The notes under the pieces are model-generated. The model worked only from the letters and a program-made list of their open reading frames with translations. It had not been told where the DNA came from and did no database searches. A stretch of DNA of 32,000 bases from an uncultured archaeon (lineage in GTDB: Archaea; Iainarchaeota; Iainarchaeia; Iainarchaeales; JAAZKV01). The stretch covers positions 150,001-182,000 of the forward strand of contig CAZKBG010000001.1 of assembly GCA_964551375.1 (NCBI GenBank). Direction: 5' to 3'. Positions 26,491-32,000 of this stretch are shown in pieces; position 1 is the first letter of the stretch; each line of letters starts with the position of its first letter. A program made the position numbers and the translations under genes.

Positions 26491-26577
26491 CACAATCTCC
26501 TCCATGTGAAAAAGTGTTTTCGATAAATAGAAAAAGTTCAAGTATATAAATCAATATGCCTTTTTTTAAGAAAAATA

Positions 26578-26698
26578 GGAATTTTGCCTCTAAACTGCCT
26601 CTAAAATACTGTCAGTGCGCCGCATATTAAGCCGCTCTGCACTGCTCAACTAATGCCCCCACGCTTCCTGAAAATGAGGCAATTACTATATCAATTCC
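26578..26698 (+). ncRNA. Candidate structured RNA of unknown class; alternatively a 33-aa ORF on the minus strand
   Basis: TATATAAA at 26543-26550 lies ~28 nt upstream. The terminal helix pairs GGAATTTTGCCTC (26578-26590) with GAGGCAA (26676-26682) and AATTCC (26693-26698). Internal GC hairpin CAGTGC...GCACTG at 26612-26643. The region is GC-enriched and has no long ORF. Confidence 0.25.
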
Positions 26699-26830
26699 CC
26701 CAAGTTCTTCGTCCAAATAACTTTCCATATATGTATTGCCTGAGCTGAGTTTATTAAGACTTGACTAGTTTTTGCTGTGCTAAATGATACACCATAAATA
26801 TTATTAATGTAAAAATGAATTAGTAGTGTT

Positions 26831-27511
26831 ATGGCGAAGAGAAAAGTCACTCCTTCAAAAAGCAAAGAAGTTTTGAGAAATAATATTACAAAGTCAAATG
26901 AAGCAAAGTCAAATGAAGTAAAGTTTAAGGGGTTAGAATTTAAACTTGCTTTTTTGGGACTTGTTATTTTTATTATTTCAGTCGCAGTATCAATTTTACT
27001 AAGCCCTGGTTATGACTTCTTTTCCAATTACTTAAGCGAACTTGGAGTGGGAAACACAGCGCTTATTTTTAATATTGGAGTAGTTCTCACGGCAGTTTTG
27101 CTAATTCCGTTTTTTGTCACGCTTTATGAAAAAGATAAATTCCTTCCTCAATTAATTGCAATTCTTGGCGTAGTTGGAATGATTTTCTTTATTGGAGTAG
27201 GGGTATTTCCTCTAACTGCTGGGATAATACACACCTTCTCAGCGTTTCTTTTCTTTTTCACAATGACGCTTGTAATATTCTTTGTATTTGTTGAATTCTT
27301 CACAAAAGCATTTTTTAAAAATATGAAATCATGCTGCTGTGTAGTAATTTTTGCATTTGCAACCGCAAGCATTATCCCAATAGCGTTGAATATTGCGCTA
27401 CTACTTTTCCAAAACCCATTTTGGCAGAAGCTTGCAGTAATTGGAATAATAATTTGGTTCATAGCATTTTCAGTAATAAGGCAGACTAAATGGAAATGTT
27501 TGTCCTGCTAA
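26831..27511 (+). CDS. Polytopic membrane protein, DUF998-like
   Basis: 226 aa with a basic N-terminal tail and then about 6 TM helices. LSPGYDFFSNYLSELGVG resembles the DUF998 signature (..iS.LG..). Confidence 0.6.
   Translation: MAKRKVTPSKSKEVLRNNITKSNEAKSNEVKFKGLEFKLAFLGLVIFIISVAVSILLSPGYDFFSNYLSELGVGNTALIFNIGVVLTAVLLIPFFVTLYEKDKFLPQLIAILGVVGMIFFIGVGVFPLTAGIIHTFSAFLFFFTMTLVIFFVFVEFFTKAFFKNMKSCCCVVIFAFATASIIPIALNIALLLFQNPFWQKLAVIGIIIWFIAFSVIRQTKWKCLSC
26891..26920 (+). repeat. In-frame 15-nt tandem duplication
   Basis: aagtcaaatgaagca / aagtcaaatgaagta (14 of 15 identical) encodes KSNEA-KSNEV in the N-terminal tail of the DUF998-like protein. Confidence 0.8.
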
Positions 27512-27610
27512 ATTAGATGAAGTTATTAATACTTAAGTCCAATATCTCAAAAACATTTGAGAAGCTCATATTTAAGAAACTATTAAATATCCTAAAATCA
27601 TTATTAATGC

Positions 27611-28312
27611 ATGCAAAAAATCACAATCTTTTTGTTACTCTTGACAATTGTATTAATAACGGGGTTTGCAAAAGCCGACTTGATAATTCCTCCAGAGCCT
27701 GGAACACATGAGGTAAGCGAATGCGTTAAGATTGTAAACGCCGACAGTATAAATTCAGGACAATATATTATTGTTAGTTTAGAGTATAAGTTTGATAGAT
27801 CTAGGAGGAGTAATAATTTTGACGGCAAAGACAGTGATAATTATGCCAAGTTTGGGCATGAACTAAGAATTGTTTCCCCTGCTGACTGTGTTGCGAATAG
27901 AATTTTTGGAGCGACGGTTGGCATGGTGCATACGAACTACTTAATAGATAAAATCGAATTTGAATCAATTGGTGGAATTTATATGACTGATTTTAACTAT
28001 TTCAAAGACAAGCAAAACATAGAATCAATTTCAAGCCTCTACTACAGAATAGGAAGAGTAAAAGACACAAATACTCTGACTGCAATTGACTTAAACTATA
28101 CAGCTGAAGTATTTGAAAATCAGGTCGCATTTACAAAAGTGGGTGAGAAATGGACTTATTCAGACGACCTTGTTTCTCAAGTTGACAAGCCGCAGCCTGA
28201 TTTGCCTCCTATTGAAGAACCAATAGAGCCAATTTCGCAGCCTGTAAAACAAATGAATGTTTTTGAGCAAATATTCTGCTTCTTCAAATCAATCTTTACA
28301 GGAAGCTGCTAG
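27611..28312 (+). CDS. Secreted hypothetical protein
   Basis: 233 aa. Signal peptide MQKITIFLLLLTIVLITGFAKA, a P/E-rich linker (PQPDLPPIEEPIEPISQP) and a hydrophobic Cys-terminated C-terminus. No family recognised. Confidence 0.6.
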   Translation: MQKITIFLLLLTIVLITGFAKADLIIPPEPGTHEVSECVKIVNADSINSGQYIIVSLEYKFDRSRRSNNFDGKDSDNYAKFGHELRIVSPADCVANRIFGATVGMVHTNYLIDKIEFESIGGIYMTDFNYFKDKQNIESISSLYYRIGRVKDTNTLTAIDLNYTAEVFENQVAFTKVGEKWTYSDDLVSQVDKPQPDLPPIEEPIEPISQPVKQMNVFEQIFCFFKSIFTGSC

Positions 28313-28370
28313 ACAACTAAAAGTATTAAAAGACTAACAAAAACAAATTCTGTGTTATAACATATTGTAA

Positions 28371-28521
28371 GCGGAGATGGCAGAGTGGTCTAATGCACTG
28401 GTCTCGAACGGCCCCTTTTTTCTTGAAAGAAAAAAGGTGTACGGTACCCCAAAAAAGAACTTACTGGGCTAGAGTTAACCAGACCCGAAAGGGTTCGTCG
28501 GTTCAAATCCGGCTCTCCGCG
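28371..28521 (+). tRNA. tRNA-Ser (anticodon CGA) with a 68-nt intron at the canonical 37/38 position (intron 28409-28476)
   Basis: Acceptor GCGGAGA/TCTCCGC plus G. Anticodon stem CTGGT (28398-28402) / ACCAG (28478-28482) and loop CTCGAA|A. Variable arm CCC-GAAA-GGG. T arm GTCGG-TTCAAAT-CCGGC. BHB-like fold: 3-nt bulges AA|C and UU|A flank a short central helix (CUC/GAG plus G.A), with outer helix GGCCC/GGGCU. Confidence 0.85.
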
Positions 28522-28746
28522 TCTTTACTCGGGACTTGTGTCGGAAACAAAAAGTCTGTACACAGTTCAACCTTGAAACTATAGTCTACAACCACCTATA
28601 AATTAATTTCGCTAGTGTCCTGCCGTTGTTCAAAAAATGAGCTCTTTTAAAAGAAGCTTTTTGCGCGGATATTTTTCCGCGGAGTCACTGTAAAATGCTC
28701 AGATTGCTAAACTGAGATTGGCGCGAGCGCGCAGGTTTGCAGGGAA

Positions 28747-29295
28747 TTAAAGAGTTTTTTTAGTTAATTTATTAGCATACAGGAAATAGGGTATGAAGAA
28801 TCCAGCGTATAATCCTATGAAGTGTGCTGCTCCGTTTGCCATTGTATTTTGTTGTACACTTAATTGAGAAAATATTGGTAGTCCAAATAGTAAGATAGAT
28901 ATCATGACTAGCAGTATCATCATTCTTGGGTTTTTCCACAAATATGATTTTATTTGATTCTTGTTTATGTTAAGCTTTTTGGAAATAATCCAGACTGCTA
29001 TTGCGTTTATTACTATTGCTATTATTATCCAGTTTATTCCAAGTAGCCAAGAAAACCCATATAGTGTGGCAAGTGCGTCAGCTATTATTACTATTGTTGT
29101 TGAAGCTAAGTATATCATAAAGAAGAATGCAACTTTTGATTTTGAGTAGTCTAGATTGAGTTTTAGGTCTTTGTTAAGTACTTCAATTGTGAAGAAAAGT
29201 AATATGCCAAATGTGGCTGTTATTATGTCAGAAAATCCACACGAGGTTTTGAAATTGGTCATTATTATAAATCCAAGGAAGTTGGCAATTGTCAC
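28747..29295 (-). CDS. Polytopic membrane protein with an uncertain start (the frame stays open 243 nt further upstream without any ATG/GTG/TTG)
   Basis: 182-aa ORF from the GTG at 29293-29295, with about 5 TM helices. The same frame is stop-free up to 29538 and encodes membrane-like sequence (…GHLIPNIISFFVFYLLIVLITSERKDLWNQFYKIFLITFSI…). Confidence 0.55.
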   Translation of the reverse strand: MTIANFLGFIIMTNFKTSCGFSDIITATFGILLFFTIEVLNKDLKLNLDYSKSKVAFFFMIYLASTTIVIIADALATLYGFSWLLGINWIIIAIVINAIAVWIISKKLNINKNQIKSYLWKNPRMMILLVMISILLFGLPIFSQLSVQQNTMANGAAHFIGLYAGFFIPYFLYANKLTKKTL

Positions 29296-29541
29296 TATTG
29301 AAAATGTGATTAGGAAGATTTTGTAGAATTGATTCCAAAGGTCCTTTCTTTCTGAGGTAATTAATACTATTAAAAGATAAAATACAAAAAAGCTGATTAT
29401 GTTTGGAATTAGGTGTCCATCAAGGTTTTCATGAACAAATGTTGATGTAATAATTTGAACAGGGGAAAAGCTTTCTCTATTGAGCTTGAATTGGTTTTGA
29501 TCTATTGGAAGACAGAAGCATACAGGAGAAAACCAATTCTA

Positions 29542-29679
29542 ATGGACACATTAACTGCCGAGCAGAAAAAAACATTCAATCTGATAAACTCCATTTATGA
29601 AACCCAGATTGAGGCGCATCCTGCGGATTACAAAAAGTTTATTTCAATATTTGAAAAAAGCTTTAAATATTATTTATAA
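29542..29679 (+). CDS. Possible small helical protein (45 aa)
   Basis: MDTLTAEQKKTFNLINSIYETQIEAHPADYKKFISIFEKSFKYYL, with AGGAGA ~13 nt upstream of the ATG. No family recognised. The ORF track's longer version begins at an alternative start at 29455. Confidence 0.3.
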   Translation: MDTLTAEQKKTFNLINSIYETQIEAHPADYKKFISIFEKSFKYYL

Positions 29680-29747
29680 TGTTTAAATTTTCACGAATAT
29701 AATATTTGTAAAATATCTTTGCAAAGCATTGTTTTACAAAGCATCAT

Positions 29748-30329
29748 TTAACAGGTGAAGTCGCCTGTTGGATTTGCCGAGCACACTAAGGCATTATTTG
29801 AGCCTGTTATCTGTTGACCGGATTCATTTGTTGTAAATGCATTTAAGTCTCTTTGAATTTCATACCATCCTGCTGTGAAGTGCTTTACATAAATGCCGTT
29901 ATCCGCAAGAGCTTTTCCCACATGCCTTGAAAGCATGCAGTACCCGCTGTAGCAGTAAGTAATAATCGGTTTATCTTTTGGCAGAGAAGAAAATGCGTTA
30001 ATAACTTCCTGTTCGCGCATCTCAACCGCTGGAATATTAACCGCAGTAACTAAATGCCCTTTAGCATAATCAGCTGAAGCGCGCAAGTCAACAACAAGCC
30101 CGTCTACTTTTCCGTTTTTGTAGTCATAAACAAAATCGGCCGGGCTGATGCTCACTAATGATTCAGAAGTATAAAATTCTTCATAAATAGCAGCTTCGCT
30201 TTTTGGAATAAAACTAATAACTGCCGCTGAGACAATTGCGCCAATAAATGCGCTTATTATAACGCAAATAATCAGCGTTTTGTAATCAAATTTCTTTGTT
30301 TTATTTTCATTTTTGCTCATAAGAATCAA
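29748..30329 (-). CDS. Membrane-anchored rhodanese-domain (sulfurtransferase-like) protein
   Basis: N-terminal TM helix LIICVIISAFIGAIVSAAVISFI. VVDLRASADYAKGHLVTAVNIP...KPIITYCYSGYCMLSRHVGKAL..GIYVKHFTAGW is the rhodanese fold pattern, including the active-site Cys loop. Confidence 0.8.
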   Translation of the reverse strand: MILMSKNENKTKKFDYKTLIICVIISAFIGAIVSAAVISFIPKSEAAIYEEFYTSESLVSISPADFVYDYKNGKVDGLVVDLRASADYAKGHLVTAVNIPAVEMREQEVINAFSSLPKDKPIITYCYSGYCMLSRHVGKALADNGIYVKHFTAGWYEIQRDLNAFTTNESGQQITGSNNALVCSANPTGDFTC

Positions 30330-30467
30330 TAAGCTTTTTGGGCAAATTGCCTTTTATGTCTTTCTTTCAATTTGGAAACCAGTGTTTTCGAATTTCGTAA
30401 AGAAATTAATATTTTGGGATAGTGGGCATAGCTTTAAATTCAAGACAACATTAATTTTATTTTTGAT

Positions 30468-31757
30468 ATGTTAATCACACAGCAGGCGAATGAGCTAAAT
30501 AATATAATTAGTGGGTGTAATAAAACTGTTTTTGAGTTGCTTTCAAAAAAAGGAAAAGCAGCTTACTATCCAAAAGAAGGAATCTTAGCCCAATCAGCCG
30601 CTGCAAAAGGGAAAAAAATTAATGCCACAATCGGGGTTGCAATTGAAGATGACGGCTCTCCGATGAGGCTTCCTGCAATTGCCGACAAAATTCTAATTGA
30701 TCCAAAAGATGTTTTCTTATACGCTCCAAGCGAGGGGAAAAAACCATTAAGGGATGCTTGGAAGAGCGCAATGTTTGAAAAAAATCCTTCATTAAAAGAG
30801 CCAATCAGCCTTCCAGTGGTAACTCATGCGCTAACCCATGGAGCAAGCATTGTCGGGCATTTGTTTTTGGATGAAAATGATTCAATTATTACGCCTGATT
30901 TGTATTGGGGGAATTACAAACTAATTTTCACTAACGGATATGGAGCAAAAATTGAAACTTTTAACACTTTTCTTAATGGAAAATTTGACGTAAAAGCAAT
31001 GCAGGAAAAAATAATTGGAGGGGGAAAGAAAATTCTGCTTTTAAATTTCCCAAACAATCCAAGCGGATACACTCCAACAAAAACCGAAGCAAATGAAATA
31101 ATTAACACAATTAAAACCGCCGCTGAATCAGGAAGCAAAATAGCAGTAATTGTTGATGACGCTTATTTTGGATTATTTTTTGAAAATGATATTGAAAAAG
31201 AATCTCTCTTTTCAAGACTTGCGAATTTGCATGAGAATGTTCTTGCAATAAAGCTTGACGGGGCTACAAAAGAGCATTACGCGTGGGGATTAAGGGTTGG
31301 ATTTATCACTTACGGCTTCAAAGGCGCAACAAAAGAAGCTTACACCGCGCTTGAAGAAAAAACTTCAGGAGCAATAAGGGGAAGCATTTCAAACGCATCA
31401 AATTTATCAGAAAGCCTTGTGCTCTTGGCATTGACTTCTCAAACGCACAATTCTGAAAAGGAGCAGAAATTTAATATTTTAAAAGAAAGATACCAAAAAA
31501 TGAAAGAATTAATGAAACTGGAAAAATACAAGCCTGTTTTTGAATCTCTGCCTTTTAATTCAGGGTACTTTATGTGCATAAAGCCAAAGAATGCAAAAGC
31601 CGAAAACGTGCGCCTAAAATTACTGGAAAAATATGATACCGGAGTGATATCCACAAACGGACTGCTTAGAATTTCATTCTCAAGCGTTCCTGTGAAAAAC
31701 CTGCAAGAGCTTGTTGAAAATATTTATTTTGCTTGCTTGGAGTGTGAAAATAAATGA
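30468..31757 (+). CDS. Class I/II PLP-dependent aminotransferase (aspartate-aminotransferase-like)
   Basis: 429 aa. LLNFPNNPSGYTPT (the N-P-S/T-G motif), DDAYFGLFF, and the putative PLP lysine context LDGATKEHYAWGLRVGF. Confidence 0.8.
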   Translation: MLITQQANELNNIISGCNKTVFELLSKKGKAAYYPKEGILAQSAAAKGKKINATIGVAIEDDGSPMRLPAIADKILIDPKDVFLYAPSEGKKPLRDAWKSAMFEKNPSLKEPISLPVVTHALTHGASIVGHLFLDENDSIITPDLYWGNYKLIFTNGYGAKIETFNTFLNGKFDVKAMQEKIIGGGKKILLLNFPNNPSGYTPTKTEANEIINTIKTAAESGSKIAVIVDDAYFGLFFENDIEKESLFSRLANLHENVLAIKLDGATKEHYAWGLRVGFITYGFKGATKEAYTALEEKTSGAIRGSISNASNLSESLVLLALTSQTHNSEKEQKFNILKERYQKMKELMKLEKYKPVFESLPFNSGYFMCIKPKNAKAENVRLKLLEKYDTGVISTNGLLRISFSSVPVKNLQELVENIYFACLECENK

Positions 31758-32000
31758 ATTATAAGGAGCTTTTGGATAAAAAAAGCGCTGAAAAACTTAG
31801 CGCGCTAAAAAATGAAAATGTGGAAAAAATAATTGCAAAATACGCGGAACTTTGCAAGCCAAAAGCAATTTATGTATTTGATGATTCAATAGAAGACAGC
31901 AAAATCATAAGAAAAATGGCGATAGAAAGAAAGGAAGAAACTGCTCTTGCAATGAATAATCACACTGTTCATTATGACGGCTACTTTGACCAGGGAAGAG
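31754..32000 (+). CDS. 5' part of a probable GTP-type phosphoenolpyruvate carboxykinase (archaeal type); the 3' end is cut by the window
   Basis: The ATG overlaps the aminotransferase stop (ATGA), and the frame is open to the window end. MNYKELLDKKSAEKLSALKNENVEKIIAKYAELCKPKAIYVFDDSIEDSKIIRKMAIERKEETALAMNNHTVHYDGYFDQGR resembles, from memory, the N-terminus of archaeal GTP-PEPCK (..LC.P..v.vcd.s.ed......; NHTVHYD.Y.DQ.R). Confidence 0.5.
   Translation, partial: MNYKELLDKKSAEKLSALKNENVEKIIAKYAELCKPKAIYVFDDSIEDSKIIRKMAIERKEETALAMNNHTVHYDGYFDQGR

Noticed and set aside
27517-27711. 64-aa plus-strand ORF upstream of and overlapping the secreted-protein gene
   Set aside because: Lys/Leu/Asn-rich AT-driven composition, and it overlaps the better-supported signal-peptide ORF starting at 27611.
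28393-28584. 63-aa plus-strand ORF
   Set aside because: It lies inside tRNA-Ser(CGA) and its intron.
28747-29538. Rhomboid protease assignment for the membrane protein (H-x5-H-x3-N in the upstream extension, CGFSD resembling GxSG, C-terminal AAHFIGLYAG)
   Set aside because: The Ser-like and His-like motifs are ~136 residues apart rather than ~50. The GxSG motif is degenerate, and the first motif lies in the start-less extension. This is too weak to call.
1-32000. Search for CRISPR arrays, IS elements or integrases, att-site duplications of tRNA 3' ends, rRNA genes and canonical C/D-box (RUGAUGA...CUGA) sRNAs
   Set aside because: I saw no regularly spaced repeats, transposase- or integrase-like ORFs, copies of either tRNA 3' end, or convincing C/D box pairs by eye. 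A computational repeat scan would still be needed to exclude short or diverged elements.

Overview
AT-rich (roughly one-third GC by eye) archaeal chromosomal segment. Archaeal origin is supported by ribosomal protein eL42/L44e, a tRNA with a bulge-helix-bulge intron, TATA-box-like promoters ~25 nt upstream of transcript starts, and a mix of Shine-Dalgarno-led and leaderless genes. The gene style (many membrane or secreted proteins, domain fusions, long low-complexity tails, sparse metabolism) suggests a small-genome, DPANN-like archaeon; this is inference only. I support about 28 protein genes, two tRNA-Ser genes (UGA; CGA with a 68-nt intron), several hairpin terminators and a few GC-rich non-coding islands. 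I saw no CRISPR array, transposase, integrase, rRNA or recognisable defence genes. The most unusual items are: (1) an SMC-head protein whose hinge is replaced by a mid-coil CPTC zinc-hook-like motif; (2) a three-domain fusion of glutamine-dependent asparagine-synthase-like and Dph6-like (diphthine-ammonia ligase) modules; (3) a 1176-aa HerA/COG0433-type ATPase with a ~360-aa polyacidic N-terminus and a ~400-aa uncharacterised C-terminal extension; (4) an envelope cluster made of a duplicated-module surface protein, a MacB-type ABC transporter and a COG4880 beta-propeller protein; (5) GC-rich candidate structured RNAs, one fused as a ~125-nt leader to tRNA-Ser(UGA). All homology calls come from motif recognition by eye, not database searches.
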